Source of the DNA: Spirogloea muscicola
Lineage: Eukaryota
NCBI GenBank assembly: GCA_009602725.1
Contig: WELB01000009.1
Span: forward strand, 1,052,729-1,116,728
Reading direction: 5' to 3'
DNA: 64,000 bases
Below are positions 23,301-36,955 of the stretch, one piece after another. Each line of letters starts with the position of its first letter. The stretch's first letter is position 1. The notes below the pieces were generated by a model. That model did no database searches. It had not been told where the DNA came from and saw only the letters and a program-made list of their open reading frames with translations. The position numbers and the translations under genes were made by a program.

Positions 23301-26300
23301 GCACCATGTTCAGATTTTCATATTGCAATCTGAACCTGCTACTGACAGAAGCAAAAAGGACATCTAGTAGATGGGAATAACAACCAGCAAACAACTGCTC
23401 AAGTTGCCCTTTCAGCAAAGTAGCATACACCGTTTCCGGAGGCGAGTCTCACGAAGGAAAACTATGAGTAGTGATCATTTGCAAAAGCCAGCTAGACTTA
23501 TGTCACATTACATGTTGAACATGACTCAGGTCTAACTGCATCGCCTGAATGAGAGGTCTGTTTGCAAGTGGCAGGCACTTATTACCATGTGCCGAGCTCC
23601 CTTTAGCAGGAGCTGGACGTCCTGCAGGCCAGCCTGTGCCAGGCCCTCCTGTTGCTCCGCCGTCTCTTCAGGCGAGCGTGTGGGATCCTCCACCTCGTGT
23701 TGCTGTTGTGAGACTCATGACACAGATGTCATGTTAAAGTGGCACAAGAAAGACGTATGAGAGGCTTCTCTTAAGAAGGGGGTACACTAGCTCTAGGCTA
23801 AACATGTCTATAAAGTGGGGATCTCACAAAGACGGACAGACATTGAGGCAGGCACTGTTGAAACTCTTGTGGGATGGCAAGCACCTTGTACATGTCTTCC
23901 AAGCTGGCGGCGAGTTGCTCGGCAGTCAGCCCAAATTGCTTGGCCAAGCTTCCAAGGCCTAACTTCCTGTACACCGAGTACAGTGTTCGCTTCTTGGGCC
24001 GCTTGAACACGCTCTGCATCTGCTCCGTCTCCTCGGGAGGAAACTGCTCAGACATTACAATTAAAGTGTGAGTGTCAATGCTTTTTGGTAAAGCAGTGTG
24101 CCCATCAAAGGACTCAGATGCTCGACAGGAGCTGAGAGGATGAGCACTGATTGACAAGGTAAACATGTGAATATCTCCCATTCTCTGGCCACTTATGATA
24201 GTGGCATAGCAGCTCCAGCAGAGCTTGAGGCTTGCAGACCATCATAAGCTCATGGAAGCAGCAACCGATCATAAGCTCATGGAAGCAGCACCTGGCAACA
24301 GTGTAGTAGCAAGGTAAGCCTGGTCTACTCAGCAGTCGCAACGGCAGGTGTGGCGCAGCAGACCTGCAGATTGAATTTGGCATCCAGGTCTTCCAGGGCT
24401 TGCTCCGACTGCGCATCCAGCACAGCTGCGCGAATGCGTTCCAGCACCTCGCTGGGCCGCACATCCTGCTCGGCCGTGTCCTGGGCCTTGGAGTAGAGCC
24501 GGTACACCACTTGCTTCCGCTGCTGCAGCTGCAGCCACTTCTTGTCCCAGTGGCAGATTGCCCACAGCGCCTGCTAGCAAGAAGCAGGGCATTGCTCGCT
24601 GAGGTGCAACGGCTTGTTGGGACAGCAACAAAACGACAAGGTGTGAACGCGTCAGGCTACTCTGCATCGTCTGCTAAAGTATGTAGGAACCAGTCAGGGC
24701 ATTGCTCATCAGCTTAGAAAGTTTGCAACAAAACTACGGATCAAGGGGGCATGCATTGCGTAAATTGGCCAATACACCTATATGTCGTGTTCTGAAAGCC
24801 TGATTCCAAGCAGCCTATTCTCTGGCTCCCACAAACTATCACTTGTAAGGGTGTTTCCAAGTCGAGACGGAGGTGTTGATTCAGGGATGACGATTAAAGA
24901 GTGTCCAAGCATTGGATACTCTGTGCTGCAAGCCCACCTTGAAGTTCTGAAGTCGGTGGCGGTCCTCCTTCCCGCGCCTTCCGAGGAGCGTCGGGCATGA
25001 GGCCTTGCGATACATCCCAATGAATGGCACCTGCAGAGAAAGAGCGCCAGACATGCCAAGCAGAGCAATGACAGCAAATTTTGATCAGTATCCGACTCAA
25101 GACCACCTCTTGCGGCCGCACTGCTCAACTTCATGGAGGAGTTTCACACACAAAGGGTTGTGACTACAGCTGTGGCTACACAGTCTCAGAGGGCAGCATA
25201 TTTGTGATAAGTATGTTAACAGTAAGCTGAGCTGGTCATCCGTCTGCTCCCAATGTAAGACCCCTATTACAGAGAGCGGCACCTCAGCTGGTCATCTATC
25301 CGTCCTTCATGCATTGATTTCAATACTTAATTACTACTTGCTCCTGGATCGTTGTCTGTAAACTCAACATCCACTTACCCCAACTTCATGCAACCACAAC
25401 ATGCCCACAGAATGTCAGCAATGGCACCAAGGAGCGAGTAAAAGCGTGGGCAAGATTTGCCACAGTTCGTCGCACCTCCAGCATCTCGCTGTGCATCATC
25501 TCAAGGACGTTGGCAACCTCCTCCTGCACTGTGGCCTGCCGCTGCGCCTTCTCAGAGGGCGGCTCCATGGTCGTCAGGTACGCGAGCTCTGGCAGCGGAG
25601 GACGTGCCAGCGCGCCAATGACGCGGTCAAAGATCCACACTGCCTCGTCAGCCACGTCCTGTGCTGGAATGGGCCCCACAGCTTCGGCAAGCAGCTGCAC
25701 ATTGACAAATCAGGAGCTTGCTCAGCAACACCTCCTTGCTACAGTTAGCTGTCTAACTATAATTACCAGGACTTTGAAAATGGACAGTAACTGACTGATT
25801 TCCAGGTGACTTCACCTAGACCTCAGGTCACATCACCTAGAGTTCATCTGACATCTATCTTCAGCCAGACATTCTTTTCCCCTTACAAACATCACGTCCA
25901 GTAGTGTTACCATCTAAATGAGCCACGATTCTAATACGCCGGACTAGATGGCAGGATCAGACAATGTGTGCAAGCAGTCCTGCCGACACAGAGCAGGCGC
26001 CATCACCTGCATGCGCTCAGGGACGTCAAGCTGCCGGATCTGCTCGTCGCGCTCTGTCATGTACTTGGCCTCCAGCACGCTTGGCTCGAAGCGCCGGGCG
26101 AGCGACTGCTTGGACAGAGACCCCGCAGCCCCCGCGGCTGTCCGCCGAGTCCGCCTTCGGCCCTCCGTGTCATCGTCCTCTGCGCCCTCCTCACCCTCCT
26201 CGTCCAGCCCCGCAGCGCCGTCCTCGTCACCGTCGCCGGCCTCCATCGCCTCGCGCCGCCGCCGGTCCATCTCCAGCAGCTCCGTGACGTCGCCGAAGAT

Positions 26301-27970
26301 GTCCTGCGCCTCCTGCAGCGCCGACGCGTTGACGCCCTCCGCCGCGCCGCGGCCCGCGCGCTTCTTCGGCCGCCGCCGCCGCACTGGCTGCCCGTGCTCG
26401 TCCTCCTCCTCGTCCACGATGAAGTCGGCCATCTCGTCCTCCTCCTCAGCCAGATCCTCATCCTCCTCGCCGTCCTCGCTGTCCCCAGGAGGTCTCTCGA
26501 GCAGCGCGGCGTCATCGTCCTCTGCAACGCCTGGCAGCGCGCGCTTGTTGGGAATTGGAGAAGTCAAGAGAGAAGGTTTGGAATAGTTTGACTTGGAGGG
26601 TTTAAAAGCTTTAGATTCAAGGGTTTAGGGTTTCAGATTAGGGGTAGAGGCTAGGGTTCAGGTTTAAGGATTTTGGGGTTTCGGGTTTAGGGAAGGATTG
26701 GAATCTACATCAGGCCTTACAAGCACGGCACATCACAATGTGCAGCAGATGAGGGGGGAGAGCCGGATCTCCTCACCATCTTTGTCGTCACCGAACAGCG
26801 AGCGCTCAAACACCTGCTCCGCTGTCCGCGCGGCGGCCGCGCCGCCACCCAGCCTGCGACCCTCAGTCTTGTGCAGGCCGCCGCTGCTCTCCTCCCCGTC
26901 CTCGCCCAGGCGGCCCTGCTCAGCGCCGCCGCCCCCGCCTTCCTCCTCGACGTCCAGCTCCACGTTCCGCTTCTTCAGCCGCTTGAACTTCTTCTTATCG
27001 CCCTGCCAGGCGCCGCCGCGACGAGCTCGTCAACAAGGGACCATCATGGTGGCACTGGCGGTATGGCCGAGCCAGTGTTGGGTCTAAGGAGCGTTAGGAG
27101 TTGGTTAAAGCTTTCATCTAAGCACTTAGACCCTAGATTGTCCTTGTTGGGTTATGCAGCCAGCAGAAACGGCAGTGCTCACAGCCTTAGGCGGCGGACG
27201 GTGGTAGCCGGCGACGTTCTCCTGCAGAAGCTCGTAATCCTCGTCATCCAGCTCCAGCTCTCTGTNNNNNNNNNNNNNNNNNNNNNNNNNNNNNNNNNNN
27301 NNNNNNNNNNNNNNNNNNNNNNNNNNNNNNNNNNNNNNNNNNNNNNNNNNNNNNNNNNNNNNNNNNNNNNNNNNNNNNNNNNNNNNNNNNNNNNNNNNNN
27401 NNNNNNNNNNNNNNNNNNNNNNNNNNNNNNNNNNNNNNNNNNNNNNNNNNNNNNNNNNNNNNNNNNNNNNNNNNNNNNNNNNNNNNNNNNNNNNNNNNNN
27501 NNNNNNNNNNNNNNNNNNNNNNNNNNNNNNNNNNNNNNNNNNNNNNNNNNNNNNNNNNNNNNNNNNNNNNNNNNNNNNNNNNNNNNNNNNNNNNNNNNNN
27601 NNNNNNNNNNNNNNNNNNNNNNNNNNNNNNNNNNNNNNNNNNNNNNNNNNNNNNNNNNNNNNNNNNNNNNNNNNNNNNNNNNNNNNNNNNNNNNNNNNNN
27701 NNNNNNNNNNNNNNNNNNNNNNNNNNNNNNNNNNNNNNNNNNNNNNNNNNNNNNNNNNNNNNNNNNNNNNNNNNNNNNNNNNNNNNNNNNNNNNNNNNNN
27801 NNNNNNNNNNNNNNNNNNNNNNNNNNNNNNNNNNNNNCCATCTGCGCCCCCGCCGCCCTCGCCGGGTCAGGCCTCGGCGGCCATCGCCGCCGCGCGACGT
27901 GCCCCGCCGAGACACAGCTCTTCCCCCCCGCCGCCGCCGCCGCCGCCTCACCTTCCTCGTCGGCGCTCAT
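17310..27970 (-). CDS. SPT6: Transcription elongation factor / histone chaperone SPT6 (GTB1/SPT6L-like)
   Basis: More than 20 exons from MSADEE. Acidic N-terminus (DEMADFIVDEE, EAQDIFGD, RFEPSVLEAKYMTERDEQIRQLDVPERMQ); YqgF region (RVAACCWGPG..ENQPHVVALG); VALGRYIQNPLAM; HhH motif (LQFVAGLGPRKA); LDDTRIHP; S1 domain; tandem SH2 (RMIVHPLFQN, ILRPSSKGPDHLSLT, ENPGRIPYY); short Trp/Gly-rich tail. N-gap at 27266-27837. Confidence 0.95.
26595..26695 (+). repeat. Degenerate TTTAGGG telomere-like tract in a SPT6 intron
   Basis: agggtttagggtttcagattagggg..gctagggttcaggtttaagg..gggtttcgggtttaggg. Confidence 0.75.
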
Positions 27971-29119
27971 TGCGGCGGCGGCGGCGGCCCCTCCGCGGCA
28001 GGCGGCAGGGTCACCCACTGTGCCTGTTTCTCCCAACCCTAAAATCTGAGGCCAGCCTGCAGCCCTAAGCCCTAAACCTCATCTAACCCCCCGATCTAAT
28101 TTCCATAACGTTGTTTGGGGGTCATCGTCTCACAGCCAATCCCATCAAGCCGAGGAGCTGCGCTCTTACCATAGGCGAGAGTTGATGCGCATAAGTTTAT
28201 GACAGAACAAGCGCATGTGAACAAGAGAATGCTCTGAGTAAGTGTGGATGCCACAGTAATTACAGCTGTGTTGCACATCCGGAATTGCCAATCTGGCCAA
28301 AACCTTGTGGTGCTATGTTGCTTGAGCCGCTCATCAGCTCCAGCCGTGTTCTTAGAGGGCTTCAGGTTGACAACCTCGAGGCTGTTATTAGTAAAGACTG
28401 ATTACTTATACCTGCCATTATTCTGTAGGCTAGCCTCTTACAGCCACTCGTAAGGACATCTGGCTGCCACCGATGCTTGCAAACTGAACCGACGTTCTCT
28501 ATCGCCAGCGTTCAAGGTAGTATTGCAATAGCAGCTTGCTGTGTGCATAATTATTCTTTCTTCCTTTCTTTCCACTGCAATTTCTGGTGACTGACATATC
28601 CATCGGGCATGACCTCGACAACAGTCAGCTCTGCTTTATTATGCTCAACCTTGTGGTTCTCTGCCAACCTATGCAAGGTAACAATCAGTAAAACCGTGTG
28701 CTTTCCTGCCAACTCGGCACAGTAAACCCGTGTGCTTCCCTGCCAATTCGGCAAAGGTAAAACGGGTGGAGGTGCATTGAAGGAAGGAAGTCAACAAGTA
28801 ACAAGTAGTGTACGGGACCTACTAGGACAGAGCGAGAGTACAGTCAGCAGAATAGCTGCTTGCATGCTGCTAACTAGCCGTCCAGGCCAAAGCACTTGGA
28901 GCTTGAACTCCATCGTCCCTTGGCAATAAGCAGCGCAGTCTTGCGGCAGGCTGGCGCGCAATCTTGCACGCCCCGAGCAGGTATACATGCTTGGGAGCAC
29001 AGTCTGCCGGTTGGCAAGGGGCGAAAGTTGCCCAAATGAATGAATGGAATTGAGAGAGCTTTGTACAGAAATGAAGGCCTACACACCTCGGCTCGAAGCA
29101 TAGGCAGGCTAAGCGACTC

Positions 29120-32100
29120 CTACTTCTTTTTCTTGGGTACCGCATAGCGGGTCATCATCCGCGGCGCAATGGCCATGGACATGAGCTCCTGGAACAGTAG
29201 CTTGCACGCGTAGGGGATGTGAACCTGCAGAAGAGTGAACCAGAGTAAGACCAGCAACACACCACAGAGCTTGCGAGCTAGCACAATGACGAGTGATGCA
29301 AATGACCTGGTAATGATGGGACATCACAGGAGGAGGCGAGCAGGATGAAAGCCTCAGAAGTTGGAGACTTGGTCATGTGGAAGTATAGATTGGATAATGT
29401 GACAGTAGAAGGCATACCTGCACAATGTCTGTCTTGTTCTTGCAGCCTCGGCACTCAAACAGGTTCTTCTTCAGGTTAGCGTTGGCAATCAACCCGCAGT
29501 ACTCGCACACATGCACCCGGTATGCATCGCTCTGGTCAAAGAGCCGCTCTTTCAGGAAGGCGGCAGCGCCGTGCGCAATCATGCAGTCCCGCTCCATCTC
29601 GCCAAATCTCAATCCACCATCCCTGGCCCTGCCCTCTGCCGGCTGCCTTGTCAAAATCTGTGGGGGCAAAACCACAATACTCATCAAAGCTGTTACTTAT
29701 AAGGTTCCTACGACTGCAGCCCTGGTAGCAGTAGATTGAAGTCATGCTGACGGACCTGTACCGTCTCGCACGTGTGTAGCTTATTATCAGCGAGGGTTGT
29801 GAGGCTTGACAACTCATCTATAGCTTTGAAGCTCAAATCCAACAACAAATAAGGCTGAAGATGACATGCAGGTGAAGTAGGTGTTCGGTGTCAGCAGAGA
29901 CACTTGTTAAGCTGTTTTCATACAGTCTGCATTAGATTCCTATGGGCTAGGATTGTGCTCTGGGGCACCTGCACTGGGCCGCGGCCGCGTGAGTGGATCT
30001 TGTCATCCACCATGTGCTTGAGGCGCTGGTAGTAGGTCGGGTTGAGGAAGACCTGCGCCTGCAGGCGCCGACCCGTATGTCCATTGTACATCACCTCAAA
30101 GCCCTGCGCCTGGTACCCGCACTTGTGCAATGCCTTGCTGATGTTGTCCACAGTCACGTCAGTGAAAGGCGTGGCGTCGCCCTCCTTCCCCATGTGTGCC
30201 GCCACCTTGCTCATCAGCGCCTCGATCAAATGCCCAATGGTCATGCGTGATGGAATGGCGTGTGGATTCACAATGATGTCTGGCGTGATACCCTCCTGGA
30301 AACAAGTTGCATGCACAATCAAGCAATTTGTAGTTAGTATTCATGATAAGTTGTTTATTATGATATCCTGTCGCCTTAGCTCATCCTTGACTGACGAAGA
30401 CCAACAGCTAATAAGCTACAATAGTAAGTAATTACAACTGTATGATTTAAGCCTTACCTGCGACCAAGGCATGTCCTCTTGGGTGTACGTCATTCCAACC
30501 GTGCCCTTCTGCCCATGTCGGCTGGCGAATTTGTCCCCAATCTGCGGTATCCTGATTGACCTCACGCGGACCTTGACAAATCGAAGGCCGTCGGCGTTGG
30601 TCGTCAAAAGCACCTGTCGATCAAATCGAAATGCAGCTGCTGAGGGCAAGATGCGACTTCAGAAGACCAAGAGGAATTTCAGGTCATTAAGCTCTGTAGG
30701 CCAATGTTACAAAGTACTTTACCTGGTCAACCATGCCACTCTCGCTATGACGAAGGGTTGTGCTCTGGTCGCGCTTTGAATACCGCTGGGCCTGACTGCC
30801 AGTGTCATCTTGGGGCAGCGGAGTGGTCTTTCCTATTATTACATCCTCTCCAGCAACACGAGTGCCCTGACAAATTTGCAGCAGTCAATGGCTTCAGAGC
30901 TCAAGAAAAACGGATCCACAGCATTGAAGACTTATCATGAGGACAGCAACCCTCTTATCCTGCAATCCTCTTCTCAGTTAAGCACAATGTAGCGAGCATG
31001 ATGTAGTCTATATGGCAGCTAATTCTGTCGCCACAAACTCGCCCACAAGTTACCGGAGGAGCCAGCCCGTCATCGTCGAGCTTATCATATGAGCCATGTC
31101 GCATGCCCTGCCATATCGATCCATGTTAACTCTATCAGCTGCCTGAACAAGCATTCCAATAGTATGTATCTGCATGCTGCACTTGCCAAGCAAAGCTTCA
31201 GAATCTGATTCAAGTAGTTTCCCAGGAAGACCAAGTCAACTGGTTCCACACGACCAACTCCGGCAGATAACTCACCGTTGTGGTCTCACGATCTGGCCGC
31301 TCAAATTCTTCCTTGACAAGTGAGCCCTGCTTTTTCTCCTCATCTCTGTCATAGCCAAGACCACAGAAGCACAATATTACGACCAGTGTTTGTGACATGT
31401 GACAAAGTTGTCATGATGTAATTGATGAAGATCGCCTAGCAGACAGCACTCTGCTTGTGACATTCTCTGATTGCTTCTACCTGTACGAGCGGAAGAAAAT
31501 CGAGCGGAAGAAGCCGCGGTCTATGGAGGACTGGTTCATGATGACAGAGTCCTCCTGATTGTAGCCCGAGTAACAGAGAATAGCCACAATGGCATTCTGC
31601 AAGATACCCAACAACAGTTTCAGCTTATTTGAACATGCACAACCAAAGAGAATGAGCTAGAAAATCTACATGCAAAACTGCCTACTGCGGAATAAGCAAC
31701 AAGTGCAGAGTGCTCACAATGCCAGCAGGCAGCTGCCGGAAGTGGATGTGCTCCATTGCCCGTGTTGTAACCAGGGGTTTTTGGGGGTAGTAAAGCACAT
31801 ACGCAAGTGTATCCTACAAACAAGACAGACAAGACCAAGCATGAGCACATCCACAAAAGTAGAGGAATGATGTAACTTTTGTTGCCCAACATCCCCATCA
31901 CACACGAAATTTTTCCATCATATGAATCCTAGTATACTATGGAAAAGTCTGTTAGTGCTAAGAAGCAGTTGCATACCATGCGTAGCTGGTAATTTGTGAC
32001 GTATATCCCCATGGCCTGCTTGCCCATGGCTGATTGATAGGTATTACGGGGAGACTGCACCAGAACAACATAGATCAGTCTTGACACCATGACAGCATCA

Positions 32101-35100
32101 TATTGGCCCCTCCCTGTAATTGTGCAAGAATTTGACATGCCAAAATCAGCAAGGTAACCATACTGGGCTTTAGCTCCACAAAGCTCAACCATAAAACAAG
32201 GCTTGCCTGATTGTGGTCTGGAAAGGGGATGATGGAGGCACACACGCCAAGTATCATTGAAGGATGGATTTCACAGTGAGTGTACGTTTGGGAGTACGCG
32301 CCTTCAGGATTTAATCGAGCCTGAGTGACATCCTGTGCCGGATGCCATACACATATTCCAGAGTCTGTTTAATGAAAGAATGTAATGAAACTGCTAGATT
32401 CAAGAGCTGGACCAAAGGGCTGGCTGATCATGTGTTTCGAGATTGTGAGCTTACCCTGATTGTCATTGCTATCATTGTGGTCTCTTCCTCTGTGGTATCC
32501 ACATACTCAATCAAGCCTCTTTGAACCAACGCATTCCATCCAACCTCAGGTGGCGCATCTTCCTGCATTCAACACATGTTGTTACTAAAGTGGTTGCTGT
32601 GTAGGACATCAGACCGCATACATGCAAATGTAAGTGGGTGCCAAAGCCTGTCTTCCTGGGGGCTCGTCAAGTCAGCGAGCTTCACCCTTGCTTGGAGATC
32701 TGCAATGTCAGACTTCTTGATGAGCAACCGTTGCTTCTCAACAATGAAGAGTGGTCTGCTGCACCGCCCATAGTCAGTGTAGAGCCGCAGCTCCTTCAGA
32801 CGAATATCTCTGACCACACCAACCTCCTGGCTGACATCAACCTGGAGATGCCACAACGCCGTGTTTAAGCTTCTGCATCCTCACAAGGTTTGCACAAGGA
32901 GGTACTCTTGACAGACTGAGCTTTGTCTTACCTTCCGCCTCAGCTGTCTCAAGGTACGGACTAGATGGTCTGGATCTCGATGGATGCCCACCCATGCACC
33001 ATTCACAAAGATCTTGGTCGCATGTGGAATGACTGAGGGTGATATCTCCTGCTCGACCACAATATGAGGAAGTAACCCAGTAAGTCAAAGACAAGTAGAC
33101 ACCTCGACTGTGAAGGCTTCTCTCAGAATAAGGTGAGGAGGAAAAAGATCTCCTAAACGGGTCTGTACTTGAAGTGCATGCATGGATGTTGACATGTCCT
33201 ACCTCCAGGTTGTCAGTAGTCCACTCCTCCAAAAACTCCAGAATTGGAGCAGCAGCAGAACCAACTGTGACGTATGTCATCAATGCCAAATTCTTCACAA
33301 GTCCTACAGCCTGCAAGAACAGCAACCCAGTCGCAAAAAGTTGACAACTGAAGACCTAGCACATTCCTGCGCAGCAAAAAGCTTGTAACATAAGTAGGAT
33401 GATTGCATGAGGCCTTGCACCAACCTGGCCCTCTGGTGTCTCTGCAGGGCACATGATGCCCCACAATGAGTTGTGCAGCTGCCTTGGCTTGGCCAGTTTC
33501 CCTGTTGAGAAAGACACACCAATGCTTAGGTATGTCCAACTTGGCTGAAAACAAGCTGAAAGCAAGCATGCCGCAATCATGAGGAATGAATGTCTTGTAC
33601 ACTCTCAAGAGTCTGACCTTCTCGCCCAATGGGAGAGTTGAGGCGCCGGAGATGTGACAAGGTGGATGCATAAGTGAGTCTGTTTAGCACTTGGGAGACC
33701 CCTGCTCTAGTGCCTGCCGCATTAGCCTGGCCCCAGTTGCCTGTTGCTAGGGAGTACTTCAGTCCGCTTGTGATTGTCTTTGCCTTCACAGCATATGCCA
33801 GATTGACCTCCTTCCCATTGTCCACACACTGCCTCAAGAGTGGAGACATCAGAAGAAGGCTATCAGACATTGTTATTAGAGTCTTCCAAGACAATCTTGT
33901 GACTTGGTTCAATGACAATGAAGGTCTGCTGATGTGCTCAAGCTAGGTGATCCCCACAACAAGGAGCTCACCTTCTGGAGGTACATCCTGACATCCTTTG
34001 TGAGCTTCCTAAAGAGCTGCGAAAATTGAACAAAGAACAGGTGGAAGCATCAGTTATGCTTGATCACGATATAATACTTTAGCTGCAAAGCCTCAGTTGT
34101 TGCTCACAACAATGCAAGAGTCCTATGGTCAGTCCTGCATCCTGCTGATTTAGTGAAACGAATAAAATCAAGGCCGTTTCATTGTGCTCATCACCATGCG
34201 GAAGAGGCCACTGAGGAGGGGCCCAGCTAGATCCAGTCTCTTGTTGCCATAGTGGTCACGATCATCCTCAGCCCGCCGACCCAAAGCGCAAAGGAGGAGA
34301 CGGTGGATCATATACCTGCTCGCTTAAAGAATACTACATCAGGTACCTCAAGTACTATGTGGTGAAAGATGTTAAGAACCAGTATTGTCACAATTGTCAA
34401 TAAAAATGCTCTCTACATGTGCTCAAGCAGACAAGCAAAGTGTCATCCTACCCGATGAAGTAAGCCTTCTTTGTCTCGCAAAACTCGCCAACTCCAACAT
34501 GAGGGAGCAGCTCCTTCTGCAGTATCTCCTTTGCATATCTGTTGTATAGACACGCCAGAGAACCATAAGACTTTAGTATGTGCAAACTTCAGTATGTGCA
34601 TGACTTGTCTTCAGAGGACATGACCTCTCTCTGACCAAGTGCTGATGGTTAGCAATGCACCCACTTGATACGCTTTTCCTTTGTGACACCAACAGTGCTA
34701 CCACGCTTGCCAATGTAGTCCAAGGCAACCTGGGGCAGAAGCAATAGTTGCATCTCATCAGTAAGACTTGCTGAAAGGTAGCCGCAAGCAGCTACAATGC
34801 CATAAGAGAGAAGGGCCAGCTTGATCTAACGGCTCACAAATGGTGAAGGCTGTGCAACAAGGGGGTTCTCTGCATGTTTCACTAACTTGCTGATTTTGAA
34901 TCACAAAGGCCTCCTCCAAGGAGGGACGCAGGAGCTCCATCATGGCTGTGTCATTGAAGTCATAGCAGATGTGCTCAAGAATGTCTTTGTCGGCGACAAA
35001 GCCAAGAGCTCTGAAGAGGACAATGATGGGAATCTCGGTTCTGATGTAGGGTATGGTAGCACGAATGTACTGGCCAGACGCTCCCTGCATCATTGGTTCA

Positions 35101-36683
35101 GGCTTATCCAAATCTCTATTAGGGGGTCCAATGATTTGAGAAAGTGGTGTCATCTCCAACACACCTTAGCAATGATGAGCCAGGTTTGCCGAGTACTCAG
35201 CTGGTGATAGTCCTCTACAAGCAGTAGCAGGATTTCAGTGTACCTACCCCTTTGGCACCAGCACGAGAGAGCATGCGGATGAACATGGTGCTGGCGGGCC
35301 GGTTCTGCGACTCCGCCATGGAACGAACTTCGCAGACAAAGGCGTACTTGTTGGGCTGCCTCTTCTTGAACACGTAGACATGGTTGGTGCTCATACGCTC
35401 CTGCGCAATGAGGACCTTCTCGCTCCCGTTGATGATGAAGTAACCGCCTTGGTCATATGGGCACTCTCCCAGCTCCGTGAGGTCTTTGTCACTGATATCA
35501 TTCAGGGTGCAGTAATTTGAGCGCAGCATGATGGGAACCTGGACACAACCAGGCATACAAAACAATCAGTACTGTTCAATGGCTAATTAGCACAAAGGTA
35601 GATAACAGTTTGTTCATGCAGCCTTTATGAAAGGGGTTACAGTAGGCAAGCTCCATCAGGTGCTTGACAAGATGTGTACCTGCACCCCAAGATTGAGAAG
35701 CAGCAGCTCAGGAGCGAGGACTGGCTAAGCTCACCTTTCCAATGAAGACCTTGGTGAGCTCCTCAGTGTCCACCTCCTCCTCACCATCCTCCCCGCGCTT
35801 GATTGTCGTCTTGGTGATGTCCACGTAGAGAGGCGCGGAGTACGTCAGGTTGCGCAGGCGCGCCGCCTTGGGGAAGAGGGTGGCCGTCTCGCCGTCAGAC
35901 TCGGTCATCATGGGCTTGCTCAGGTAAATCTGCCCGAAGTTGATCTTGTACGTCATCTGTTGGCCAGCCAGGGGTCAAACATGAACGGAGCTGAAGAAAG
36001 CCATGGCGCTGCAATAGAAGCTGCGCTGATTTGAGCTGCGCCGCGCCGGCCAGTGACACTCACTTACGAGTAAATACTGCTAACACTGAGCAGATTGAAA
36101 TCTTGTTAATGATCGATGCAACGAGTTTGTGGTGCTTTGAAGCCTGAGCCGGCACAGTACCGTGAGGTGGCTGCTCTTGCTAATTTGGCTCAGACCTTGA
36201 TGCATCTACACAATACTTATCATATCGTGGTGCACAATTGACCGAAGTGTCAAAACAACCACAAGTTACTTCACTTACCACTGAAAGATGACCTCTTGTC
36301 TAGGTTGAGCGATGCTTTACAAAAGACTAGCAGCGGACTGGCGTTCCAGTATATAAGGACTACCACAGCGGCGAGGAGATGGGAGCGGGGCAGCCAAGTC
36401 GAGAGAGAGCGGGGCTCGAGGCCCGGAGGAGGCGGCTGGCCCTCACCTCGCCGAGCTCCACCGGGCGGCCGGGGTTGTGCTGCGACTCGGGCCGGACCTC
36501 GATGTCCGCGGACTCGTCCACGATCTCCTGCATCGTGTTCTGGATGAACTCGTTGAACGAGTCCAGCTGCTGCCGCACCAGGCCCTTCTCCTCGAAGTAG
36601 GCGCTGATGACCGTCCACGCGTCCTCCTGCGTGATCTCCTCCTCCTCGCCCTCGCCCGCCTCGTCATGGTCCCCGCCGTACAT
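29120..36683 (-). CDS. RPB2: DNA-directed RNA polymerase II second-largest subunit
   Basis: About 25 exons, from [37 protein letters not shown] through [104 protein letters not shown] and [12 protein letters not shown] to [20 protein letters not shown]. Confidence 0.98.
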
Positions 36684-36955
36684 GGCGGCCGCCCCCCTCC
36701 CCGGCGGCCGCCGCCGGCGCCTCCGCCGCCGCCGCCGCTGCCGCCGCCGCCGCCGCCACCCAGCTGAGGCCAAGGCCAGAAAGCGGAGACAAGCCATGAG
36801 AGAGGGGCACTCGACCGCCCAGCAGCCTGCCCAATGTGCACATGGCCAATGGCGGACTGCCGCAGCCCGCCGCGAGCCATGGCGTCGGCGACTCAGCGCA
36901 TGGCATTGATGGTCACAGCGGCCGCTGAGACTGGGCTGCCCAGCTGACTGCGGCG

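Noticed and set aside
24241..24290. Small intronic or intergenic tandem duplications (also about 17715-17772 and 28690-28765)
   Set aside because: Ordinary short local duplications with no sign of function.
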